Shown in pieces: positions 27,060 through 35,621 of a DNA stretch of 64,000 nt. A program made the position numbers and the translations under genes. Numbering within the stretch: position 1 is the first letter of the stretch; each line of letters begins with the position of its first letter. Source of the stretch: an uncultured cyanobacterium (lineage in GTDB: Bacteria > Cyanobacteriota > Cyanobacteriia > Cyanobacteriales > Nostocaceae); assembly GCA_963706595.1 (NCBI GenBank), contig OY970166.1, positions 2,464,001 through 2,528,000 of the forward strand. The letters are read 5' to 3'. The notes under the pieces were generated by a model. The model saw nothing but the letters and a program-made list of their open reading frames with translations. It did not search any database and was not told the origin of the DNA.

Positions 27060-28308
27060 GTGGCGTGACAAGCTTAAAATAGTGCATTAGAATGGAGGAA
27101 AAAAAAGGAGAAATTGATGGGGAGAGGTCGTAGAGATAAAGTCATATTAGATACAGAGAAAAGAAAAAGATTAGAAGCGATCGCTCGCAACGGACAGGCC
27201 CCAGCCAAAAAAATATTGCACGCACAGGTGTTGTTAATGTGCGATGAGGGAGAGGGTGCAAGGAAAAAATGGACAGATGAAGAAATAAGTATAGGGTTAA
27301 GGGTTCATCGCAATACGGTGGCAAGAATCAGGAAGAGGTTCCTCGAACAGGGAGAAGAACCTGCCTTAAATCGTCATCAGAGGTTAAAACCACCAAATGT
27401 CAGCAAGATAGATGGTCAGACTGAAGCCCAAATCATTGCATTATGTTGTTCTGAACCTCCCACGGGGCAAGCACACTGGAGTCTCAGATTACTGACGCAA
27501 GAAATTCAAAACCGAAAAATTATCATAGAAATTTCTAGGGAGACGATTAGAAAGACATTAAAAAAAACAAATTACGCCCCTGGAAAACAGAAAGATTTTG
27601 TATTCCCGAACGGGATATAGCACGTTTTGTCTCTCAAATGGAAGTAGTTTTAGACCTCTACAGCCAAGAACATAGTGATTTGGAACCTTTAATCTGTATG
27701 GATGAAGCTTCTAGACAATTAACAGGGCATCTTTATGAGCCAAAACCAATGGAACCGGGTGAAGATGCAAAAGAAGATTATCACTATACTCGCGAAGGAG
27801 TCCAAGCTTTGTTCATGTTTTTTGACCCGATCAGAGGTTGGCGACGTGTCAGCAATCGCGCTCATCGGACTCGTGTTGATTGGGCCGAAGAAGTCCGTCA
27901 ACTATTAGATGAAGACTATCCCCAAGCCACCAAGGTCAAATTGCTATGTGACAACCTCAACACTCATAGCATTACATCACTTTACGAAGCTTTTCCCGCA
28001 CCAGAAGCTCACCGCTTGGCTAGGAGACTGGAGATTTATTACACTCCTCGCAATGGAAGCTGGCTCAACGTTGCCGAAATTGAATTAAGCATTTTAAGCC
28101 AACAGTGCCTAGACCGACGAATTCCTAGTATTTGTCAACTATCTAGAGAATTGACCGCTTGGCAAAACGAACGTAACCGCACCGCAGGTAAAGTTATTTG
28201 GCGTTTTACTACTGATGATGCTCGTATAAAACTTAAACATCTTTACCCAGTGTTTGAAACTCACAAAATCGTTAATTCTAATGCAACATTTTAAGCTTGC
28301 CACGCTAC
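27060..28308 (+). mobile_element. IS630-family insertion sequence
   Basis: 34-bp TIRs with 4 mismatches (GTGGCGTGACAAGCTTAAAATAGTGCATTAGAAT vs GTAGCGTGGCAAGCTTAAAATGTTGCATTAGAAT) and TA on both sides. Confidence 0.93.
27114..28294 (+). CDS. IS630 transposase in two ORFs joined by a probable -1 frameshift at A8 (27560-27567)
   Basis: HTH ORF (HWSLRLL...ISRETIRKTLKK) shifts to KLRPWKTERFCIP. DDE motifs CMDE, CDNLNTH and SWLNVAEIE follow. Confidence 0.9.
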
Positions 28309-28310
28309 TA

Positions 28311-28416
28311 CTGGCGTGGCAAGCTTAAAATAGTGCATTAGGTAAAAAGCAGAAAACATTGATTTATCTCGATTTTCTCAAAAATCTATTGCAACATTTT
28401 AGCCTTGTCACGCCAG
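28311..28416. mobile_element. 106-bp non-autonomous IS630-type MITE (right copy, same orientation as the left)
   Basis: Near-identical to 26953-27057, flanked by TA at 28309-28310 and 28417-28418. Confidence 0.85.
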
Positions 28417-28862
28417 TAGTGTTGCGCCCAATCATTGAATTTTGCCGCCAGTTTATCAAAGTCTACTCCCATCACGACACGTCTGATAGTTGAGTACGAA
28501 GGGACACCATGCTTTTGGATTCCAAATGTCTCTATCAATGTGCGCCGATGCCGTTTGACAAAATCTCCCCATGCACGATACCCGACATATCCACTCATGG
28601 TACCCATTATGACAAACAGCAATACCAACCAAAGTGGATGCCTTCTACCATCAGTCGTTCTAAAGTCTTCAACTTGCCTCAGTTGTTCAATCAGATTTGC
28701 ACCCATAATTTTTTATCCCCTTAACACTTGCAATTTTACCTGTTTTAGGGAATGAAACAGCCCTGGGGATTAAGGGGGGTAAATTCAGGGTCTGTGCTTG
28801 ATCTGCATCTCTTAGCTGATTATGCTATATTAGCCGTAGTCGTTATGAGTACAATTAATATT

Positions 28863-30233
28863 ATGCCTAACCCCACAGTAGAAAATTTGGTAATTATTGG
28901 TTCTGGGCCAGCTGGCTACACAGCCGCTATCTATGCAGGACGAGCAAATTTAAAACCTGTGGTCTTTGAAGGCTTTGAAATGGGGGGTTTACCTGGTGGT
29001 CAACTGATGACAACGACGGAAGTCGAAAACTTTCCGGGGTTCCCCCAAGGTATTACGGGACCGGAACTGATGGATAACATGAAGGCGCAAGCTGAACGCT
29101 GGGGCGCAGAGTTATATACTGAGGATGTGACATCTGTTGATTTGAGTCAGCGTCCTTTTATTGTCCGTTCCCAAGAAAGAGAAATCAAAACCCATAGTAT
29201 AGTTATAGCTACTGGTGCAACAGCCAAGCGTTTGGGTTTACCTAGCGAACATCAATTTTGGAGTCGGGGTATCTCTGCTTGTGCAATTTGCGACGGTGCG
29301 ACACCAATTTTTCACGGTGCAGAATTAGCTGTGATTGGTGCTGGCGACTCGGCGGCGGAAGAGTCTATTTATTTGACCAAATACGGTTCTAAAGTCAATC
29401 TGCTGGTGCGTTCTGATAAAATGCGCGCCTCTAAAGCTATGCAAGACCGGGTTTTAAGTAACCCTAAAATCCAAGTGCATTGGCATACTGAAGCGGTGGA
29501 TATCTTCGGTGATGGTTACATGGACGGGGTGAAGGTGCGGAATAATCAAACTGGTGCAGAAAGTGAAATTCACGCCAAGGGTTTATTTTACGCTGTTGGT
29601 CACACTCCCAATACTGCCTTATTTCAAGGACAACTAGAACTGGATGAGGTGGGTTATATTGTCACTAAAAACAATTCTGTAGAAACCAGTGTAGAAGGTG
29701 TGTTTGCAGCTGGCGACGTGCAGGACCATGAATTTCGCCAAGCAGTTACGGCTGCGGGTACTGGCTGTATGGCGGCGATGTTAGCTGAACGCTGGTTGTC
29801 GTCTAAGAGTTTAATTACAGAGTTTCATCATCAGTCAGCTACAGCAGTGAATGAATTGGAACCCCAGCCAGCGAAGAAAACGGAAGCGGAAAAGGAAGCT
29901 GGATTTAATTTGCAGGCGACTCGTCATGAGGGGGGTTATGCTTTAAGAAAATTATTCCATGAAAGCGATCGCCTACTCATAGTCAAATACATTTCCCCTG
30001 GTTGTGGCCCTTGTCATACCCTAAAACCGATATTAAATAAAGTCGTAGATGAATTTGAGGGTAAAATCCACTTTGTCGAAATCGACATCGACCAAGACAG
30101 AGATATTGCCGAAAATGCCAACGTCACCGGAACACCGACGATTCAATTCTTCAAGGATAAGGAACTTTTGAAAGAAGTCAAAGGTGTGAAGCAAAAGAGC
30201 GAATATCGTCAGATAATTGAAAGCTATCTTTAG
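28863..30233 (+). CDS. trxB: NADPH-thioredoxin reductase with fused C-terminal thioredoxin domain (NTRC type)
   Basis: [16 protein letters not shown] and GVFAAGDV motifs plus a C-terminal PGCGPC thioredoxin domain. Start placed at 28863 because the track start at 28752 lies inside the IS end. Confidence 0.93.
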   Translation: MPNPTVENLVIIGSGPAGYTAAIYAGRANLKPVVFEGFEMGGLPGGQLMTTTEVENFPGFPQGITGPELMDNMKAQAERWGAELYTEDVTSVDLSQRPFIVRSQEREIKTHSIVIATGATAKRLGLPSEHQFWSRGISACAICDGATPIFHGAELAVIGAGDSAAEESIYLTKYGSKVNLLVRSDKMRASKAMQDRVLSNPKIQVHWHTEAVDIFGDGYMDGVKVRNNQTGAESEIHAKGLFYAVGHTPNTALFQGQLELDEVGYIVTKNNSVETSVEGVFAAGDVQDHEFRQAVTAAGTGCMAAMLAERWLSSKSLITEFHHQSATAVNELEPQPAKKTEAEKEAGFNLQATRHEGGYALRKLFHESDRLLIVKYISPGCGPCHTLKPILNKVVDEFEGKIHFVEIDIDQDRDIAENANVTGTPTIQFFKDKELLKEVKGVKQKSEYRQIIESYL

Positions 30234-30252
30234 ATGATGGTTTAAAAGTATG

Positions 30253-30370
30253 GGGCGATTAGAAATCGCTACTACACAAACAAAGTCCGCCTACGCGGAC
30301 TAATGATAAACTAAAGATTTTTAACCCACGGAGGTGGGTTTTGTCTGTGTAGCCGCGACTTCTAGTCGCC
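30253..30370. repeat. MITE/REP-like element between convergent genes
   Basis: Inverted ends GGCGATTAGAAATCGCTACTACACAAACAAA and TTTGTCTGTGTAGCCGCGACTTCTAGTCGCC, with two internal hairpins. Confidence 0.8.
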
Positions 30371-30430
30371 AGGGCTGTTTTCATTCTCCGCGTCGGTAAG
30401 CTTCTATAAAAAATTCAATTCATCCTCTCT

Positions 30431-31711
30431 CTAAGCAGCACTGGGAAACGCCCTATTAATCGCTGTCTCTTGACCAACCAAAGAAATATAAGGTTCTTGT
30501 AAATACTTACACGCAGATGTTATGGCATCTTTGACACTCACAGATGCAATCAGTTCTTGAAACTGCTGGTCAAAATCAAGTCCTAAACCTAGCGTTTCAT
30601 ACCAACCGTATATTTGAGCAATTTGTCCGTTAGTTTGTTTACCCAAAGCATATTGACCTAAAATTTTGTTTTTAGCCGCTTGCAAGGCAGTTTCTACTAC
30701 TTCTGTCGTACAGAGTAAATCCACTTCTTGACGTAGCCCTTGCAGAGCGATGCTGGTATTTTCTGGTGCTGTACCCATATACACCACAAATGCCCCTGGA
30801 TACAGCCTTGTGGGATAAAATGCCGAGACTTCGTAAGCTAAACCCCGTTTTTCCCGTAATTCCACAAACAAGCGGCTAGAAAGCCCATTGCCCAAGTAGG
30901 TAGACAGTAATTTTAATGGGGCGTAGTCTGGACAATTAACCGATGACCCCAAATAACCCAACATCACAATTGACTGCTGTGTTTGTACAGGCTGTAGTCG
31001 ATGCTGCGGTTCTGCTTGAACTTCTGGTAAAGTAATTAATGGTAAGGGTTGTGGCGGAATTTGCCAATCGCCAAATACTTGTTCTACAAGTGCTACCGCA
31101 TCTTCTAAGGTAACTCGCCCGGCAATACTAATGACTAAATTATCTGGGCGAAAATAAGTTTGGTGATACTGCACTAAGTCATCACGAGATAAGCCGCCCA
31201 TTGTGGTTTCATCTCCCAATATTGACATAGCATAGGGATGATTTTGGTAGATTACCTGCCGCATTTGGCTAAAAGCAATGGTAAAGGGCTGTTCTTTTTG
31301 AGAACGAATATTTTGCAGTGCTAAACGCTTCTCTAGTTCCACTTGGGCTTCGGGAAATGTAGGCGATCGCAATATTCGCCCAGCCAATGTTAAAATCTCC
31401 GAGAAGTCCGATGTCACCGTCTTTAAAGACAACAAAAAATAATCAGTCGCAGCATCTGCACTTAAACTTGCACCCACAGATTCCACTTTTTCAGCCAGTT
31501 CCCAGCTTGAAAGTCCTTCACATCCTTTGGTCATCACTGCTGAGAGCAAATGGGCTAACCCCGCTTTTTCTCGCCTTTCGTAACAACTACCAGCCCGGAC
31601 AAACATCCGCGCCGCCACAATATCCGCCACCGGATTTTCAGCCACCAGCACTACAATGCCATTACTCAATACAGTCCGATGAATAGGAGAGGAAGATAAG
31701 GAAGGTTTCAC
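30431..31711 (-). CDS. M16B peptidase, non-catalytic subunit
   Basis: M16 fold; HLLSA replaces HxxEH; SSRLFVELREKRGLAY. Confidence 0.88.
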   Translation of the reverse strand: MKPSLSSSPIHRTVLSNGIVVLVAENPVADIVAARMFVRAGSCYERREKAGLAHLLSAVMTKGCEGLSSWELAEKVESVGASLSADAATDYFLLSLKTVTSDFSEILTLAGRILRSPTFPEAQVELEKRLALQNIRSQKEQPFTIAFSQMRQVIYQNHPYAMSILGDETTMGGLSRDDLVQYHQTYFRPDNLVISIAGRVTLEDAVALVEQVFGDWQIPPQPLPLITLPEVQAEPQHRLQPVQTQQSIVMLGYLGSSVNCPDYAPLKLLSTYLGNGLSSRLFVELREKRGLAYEVSAFYPTRLYPGAFVVYMGTAPENTSIALQGLRQEVDLLCTTEVVETALQAAKNKILGQYALGKQTNGQIAQIYGWYETLGLGLDFDQQFQELIASVSVKDAITSACKYLQEPYISLVGQETAINRAFPSAA

Positions 31712-31791
31712 AATAATTAGTAATCTATGATTAGTTATTCTTGATGGTTACAGCAGTTTGGAATTGAATCAAGTACACATCTTAATATTAT

Positions 31792-33060
31792 TTAACAGGA
31801 TTTAAGGATAGTTACCGCATAATTTTGCGGTGAAAGGAACTGTTGCGCTAATTGTTGCAGTTCTTGAGTATCAAACGATTGAATCTGTTGAGGATATGCC
31901 ACTGCTAATTCAGCTTGAGCAATAGTATTGTAATATCCATAAAGCCCGGTTAACTGATTTGGTGTTTCCGTAGAAAAAGCATACTCATTACAAACCAGTC
32001 TCCGTGTCCGCGACAGTTCCTGCTCACTAATTCCTGTAGTTTGCAAATCATTTAAATGACTAAGAATCAAGTTCTCAACTTGGTCTAAATTTTCAGGCTC
32101 CAACCAAGCAGTAATTGTAAATAAACTCGATTCTCGTTGTAGAGAACAATTACTATAAATTCCCTGTACTAATTGCAATTCTTCCCGCAAATCACGCACC
32201 AATCGGGAAGTTCGCCCTTCTGACAATAACACCGCCAACAAATCTAAACCATAAGCAGTGTGTAATTGCTCTACTCCTGGTACAACCCACGCCATCATTA
32301 AGCGTGCTTGTTCTAGACGTGGTAAACAAATTTCTTGGCGGTGAATTCCAGTAATAACTGGCGCGATGATTTTTTCAGACTGCGGACACTTTAATGGTGC
32401 TGCAAAATCAGCAAATGATTTATTTACAAGTTCCCAAGCCGACTCTTGAGCAATTCCTCCCACAACCACCACTGTCATGTTTTCCGGTTGGTAGTGGGCG
32501 CGATGAAAACAACGCATGGCATCTGGTGACTGTTGCATTAGTTCTAACTCAGTACCTAGCACCGAACGCCCGTAAGGATGGTTTTGGTAGATGCTGTGAT
32601 TCAGGGCTTGAAATCCTATCCAATCGGGGTCATCATTGCAGGAGCGAATTTCTTCCAACACTACATCCCGTTCGCGAATAAATTCATCCTCTGGAATTGC
32701 AGCATTAATCAGCAGTTCTCCCAAGTGGGGCAGAGTATCTGCTATGTAAGAACCTGCTGTAGTTAGGGTGTAATGAGCATAATCATAACTTGTCGCTGCA
32801 TTACTCACACCGCCCCTGGTTTCAATGTTGTGGTCAAACATTCCCGGCGCTAACTTCGCCGTCCCTTTAAAAATCATGTGTTCTAAAAAATGAGCCATCC
32901 CGAACCACGGTTTTGGCTCAAGGGTTGCTCCGGCGCGCACCCAAACATCAGCCACCACGACAGGGGTAGTGGCAATTTCTTGATGAATAAGTGTTAAACC
33001 ATTATCTAGTCGGAGAACCGAAGCTGGAAACACGGTATGCTCTAGTTGTTGTTGTGACAA
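31792..33060 (-). CDS. M16B zinc peptidase, catalytic subunit
   Basis: GMAHFLEHMIFKG inverted zinc motif, NAATSYD and ERDVVLEE. Confidence 0.9.
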   Translation of the reverse strand: MSQQQLEHTVFPASVLRLDNGLTLIHQEIATTPVVVADVWVRAGATLEPKPWFGMAHFLEHMIFKGTAKLAPGMFDHNIETRGGVSNAATSYDYAHYTLTTAGSYIADTLPHLGELLINAAIPEDEFIRERDVVLEEIRSCNDDPDWIGFQALNHSIYQNHPYGRSVLGTELELMQQSPDAMRCFHRAHYQPENMTVVVVGGIAQESAWELVNKSFADFAAPLKCPQSEKIIAPVITGIHRQEICLPRLEQARLMMAWVVPGVEQLHTAYGLDLLAVLLSEGRTSRLVRDLREELQLVQGIYSNCSLQRESSLFTITAWLEPENLDQVENLILSHLNDLQTTGISEQELSRTRRLVCNEYAFSTETPNQLTGLYGYYNTIAQAELAVAYPQQIQSFDTQELQQLAQQFLSPQNYAVTILKSC

Positions 33061-33216
33061 GTTTTTGTAGCTTTAACCACAATTTAAGACAATTTTTGCT
33101 ATTTTAACTCTGAACAATCACTAAATTAGAATCAACCTATACAAATTTTGTTTTCCTCAACCATAAAAAATTAAAGCCCCCAAGTTTTTGCTAACTTTGG
33201 GAGCTAATAATTTTTA

Positions 33217-33400
33217 AGTTCACCGCAACGCCGTTTTACCTAAGTTTATGACCTGGTTAAACCAGGTGGGTGCCGACTTTCTTCGTTTTAAGTTTCCGGG
33301 TACACGCCCGGTTTACTGCCACGAGACCTGTTAGCTTCCCTTTTCTTTAAAGACATAGATCAAAAAACTTGATGGCAGTCACCAACGTCGTAGTGCAACT
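33217..33400 (-). ncRNA. ssrS: 6S RNA
   Basis: About 184 nt directly downstream of purK, the usual cyanobacterial position. The 5' end (GCACTACGACGTT) pairs with the 3' end (AACGGCGTTGCGGTG). TATAAT lies at 33413-33408 and a terminator-like hairpin at about 33173-33206. Confidence 0.85.
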
Positions 33401-33461
33401 AAAACTTATTATAGCTTTCTAAAACAGGTTCTGTGTTCAGTATGAGAATTTTCTAGTAAAT

Positions 33462-34616
33462 TCAATTGGGATACCAGATAGATTCTATCGTCTGGGCTAT
33501 GGTACTGATGGTATCTCGGTTTTGATGATCGAGTAACACAGTCACGTGTCCTAGTTTGCGCCCAGGACGTGATTCTGTTTTTCCGTACCAGTGAACGAAA
33601 GCTTGGGGAATTGCGGCTAATTTTTGGCGTTGGCTTTGGTAGTCGCTTCCCGAAATTTCATACCCCAGGAGGTTTACCATTACAGCGCTAGCACAATGTA
33701 ACGCGGGATTTCCCAAAGGTAAGCCACAAACGGCTCGCAAGTGTTGCTCAAACTGAGATGTTTCACAAGCGTCTAAGGAAAAATGCCCAGAATTATGGGT
33801 ACGAGGGGCAATTTCATTTACCAGAATTTTCCCGGCGGCGGTGAGAAATAGTTCTATGCCAAACACTCCCACGACTTGCAGGTTATTTAAGAGGGTATGA
33901 GCGATCGCCTCAATTTCAGCCGCTTGATTCGGTGTAATATCAGCTGGTGCAATCACTCGCCGACATACCTGTTCTTCTTGTTGAGTTTCTACCACTGGGT
34001 AAGTCACAACCTCACCTGCTACCGAACGGGCTGCAATTACCGCTAATTCTCGTTCAAAGGGAACAAATTCTTCGATTAAAAACATTCCTTGACTTAAAGC
34101 ATTATTTGTGTTTTGCAAATTTAGCTTTTCCTGCAAATCTGCTAAATCTTTAATAATGAAAGTGCCTTGACCATCATAACCGTGTCGTCGGGATTTTAAA
34201 ACCACAGGAAAACCCAAGACTTCTACTTGAGACGGGAGATTTTCTGGCTGTTCCACCGCGAAAAATCGGGGAACAGGTAATCCCAAATCTTTTAAATAGC
34301 AACGCTGGTCATATTTATCTAAAAGAGGAGTTAAAGCTGCTAACCTTGGTCGAAAGCAAACACCTTGATTTTCTATCAAAGATAAAGACTCTAAATCAAC
34401 AAATTCATTTTCAAAGGTGATGACATCAGTTTTTTGTGCTAGAATCTCTGTGGAGCTAGCATCGTCAACTTTAGCCAAAACAACATCCTGGGCGATCGCC
34501 ACAGCAGGATCATGTACACTAGGAGTTTGCACCACTAATTCTACACCTAACTTTTTAGCTGCATCCCCCATCATCCAGGCCAGTTGACCACCACCAATTA
34601 TACCAACACGCTTCAT
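33462..34616 (-). CDS. purK: N5-carboxyaminoimidazole ribonucleotide synthase
   Basis: GIIGGGQL, ITFENE, GYDGQG, NEIAPRTHNSGH and RPGRKLGH motifs. The start at 34616 overlaps the upstream stop (ATGA). Confidence 0.96.
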   Translation of the reverse strand: MKRVGIIGGGQLAWMMGDAAKKLGVELVVQTPSVHDPAVAIAQDVVLAKVDDASSTEILAQKTDVITFENEFVDLESLSLIENQGVCFRPRLAALTPLLDKYDQRCYLKDLGLPVPRFFAVEQPENLPSQVEVLGFPVVLKSRRHGYDGQGTFIIKDLADLQEKLNLQNTNNALSQGMFLIEEFVPFERELAVIAARSVAGEVVTYPVVETQQEEQVCRRVIAPADITPNQAAEIEAIAHTLLNNLQVVGVFGIELFLTAAGKILVNEIAPRTHNSGHFSLDACETSQFEQHLRAVCGLPLGNPALHCASAVMVNLLGYEISGSDYQSQRQKLAAIPQAFVHWYGKTESRPGRKLGHVTVLLDHQNRDTISTIAQTIESIWYPN

Positions 34617-35116
34617 CGACATCCTAGAGAATAACGAGTTTCTACGCCAGTTTTAGAGTTTACACCACTGGCTTTGCTACACAGTTCTTTAATTTGCACT
34701 CCATCCAAAATTGCATCTGTGAAATCTGCACTGTCTATATTCACATCAGTAAAGGTGGAGCGCAGCAACAGAGCTTCTTTGAAAACGGCATCGCTCAAAT
34801 CAGCCCCTGCGAACTTTACTTGATCCACCATAGCATTAGTTAAATCCGCCCCGTGCAGATTTGCTTGCGTCATTACCGAAGCACTCATAACGGCTCCGCG
34901 CAAATCAGCATCTTCAAAGTTAGCTAATTCCATATTGGCGTTAGAAAACTCAGCCGCTTGTAAACTTTGTCCCGAAAAATCACGTCTGGCTAATTCTGCA
35001 TTGCTAAACGACATGGGATGAGTCCAATCTGCCCAGGCTGGGGAAGCTAGGAACCATACAGTAATTCCCAAAATAAATGCTAATCCTTGCTGAAAAAACA
35101 TCATCACGTAGTTCAT
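34613..35116 (-). CDS. Exported pentapeptide-repeat protein
   Basis: Signal peptide ending AWA, A(D/N)LxX repeats and a C-terminal C...TRYSLGC. Confidence 0.88.
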   Translation of the reverse strand: MNYVMMFFQQGLAFILGITVWFLASPAWADWTHPMSFSNAELARRDFSGQSLQAAEFSNANMELANFEDADLRGAVMSASVMTQANLHGADLTNAMVDQVKFAGADLSDAVFKEALLLRSTFTDVNIDSADFTDAILDGVQIKELCSKASGVNSKTGVETRYSLGCR

Positions 35117-35389
35117 TAACTAATCTTTGTGTTCAGCTTACCGCATTTCAATGTGGGACTGACCAGCCGAGTACCGCAAGGCGTTCGTCAGGAGGAGATT
35201 ACTGCAAGCCCGGTCTCAGATTAATTTATCGGCTTTTCAACGATTTTAAATGGGTGCTTTATTTACGCCCACCTGTACTAGCCCTGCCATGATGGTTAAA
35301 AATTATACACTTTATTCCTTTAGTAGCGAGCCGATTTATTGACATTTGAAATCACCTTCATCGGTGCATCGGATACTTTTTAGTTTTTC

Positions 35390-35585
35390 TAAGTAAGTCG
35401 GCGAGAAAAATTCAATGTACATGAAGAAATATAAATTGTTCGTAGGGTGTGTTATGCCGTAGGCTAACGCACCTTGAATTGTTGAAACTAAAGCCGAAGT
35501 TTTGACGGTGCGTTGCGCTGCGCAACAACACACCCTACATTAAAAGTTCTTAATATGACTTGAATTATTAGTGCCGACTTACTTA
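35390..35585. mobile_element. MITE with about 25-bp TIRs carrying the same internal GTAG REP pair as 20300-20462
   Basis: TAAGTAAGTCGGCGAGAAAAATTCA vs reverse-complement end TAAGTAAGTCGGCACTAATAATTCA. Internal GTAGGGTGTGTTATG...CTAACGCACC...AACACACCCTAC. Confidence 0.8.
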
Positions 35586-35621
35586 CGTTGCCTAATTATA
35601 TTTAGTAACAATTGATATAAT

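Larger units (their letters stand above)
26150..28706 (-). pseudogene. ISAs1 transposase in three pieces (28706-28417, 26952-26683, 26707-26150)
   Basis: DFRTTDGRRHPL...PSYSTIRR...WAQHY | VDLEPSEWCGIDGKSIKG...DSLHCQKK | KTCQ...AVKNNQ...RGHWSIENCLHWVKD. Confidence 0.9.
26140..28765 (-). mobile_element. ISAs1-family insertion sequence, interrupted by an IS630 composite
   Basis: Perfect 17-bp TIRs CAGGGCTGTTTCATTCC at 26140-26156 and 28749-28765. 10-bp target duplication GGGATTAAGG at 26130-26139 and 28766-28775. Confidence 0.95.

Noticed and set aside
26951..28418. CRISPR-like array from the repeated CAAGCTTAAAATAGTGCATTAG
   Set aside because: The repeats are transposon ends with inverted partners, the interiors are duplicated rather than unique spacers, and no cas genes are present.
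28752..28862. N-terminal extension of the thioredoxin reductase
   Set aside because: It starts inside the ISAs1 TIR and crosses repeat DNA. Recognisable reductase sequence begins near 28863.
30370..30387. Third ISAs1 end (CAGGGCTGTTTTCATTC) forming a composite transposon around NTRC
   Set aside because: It has an extra base, points away from the IS, and has no target duplication or partner end. Chance or an old scar.
35077..35533. ORFs of 71 and 65 aa
   Set aside because: They overlap MITE and repeat sequence and show no recognisable motifs.
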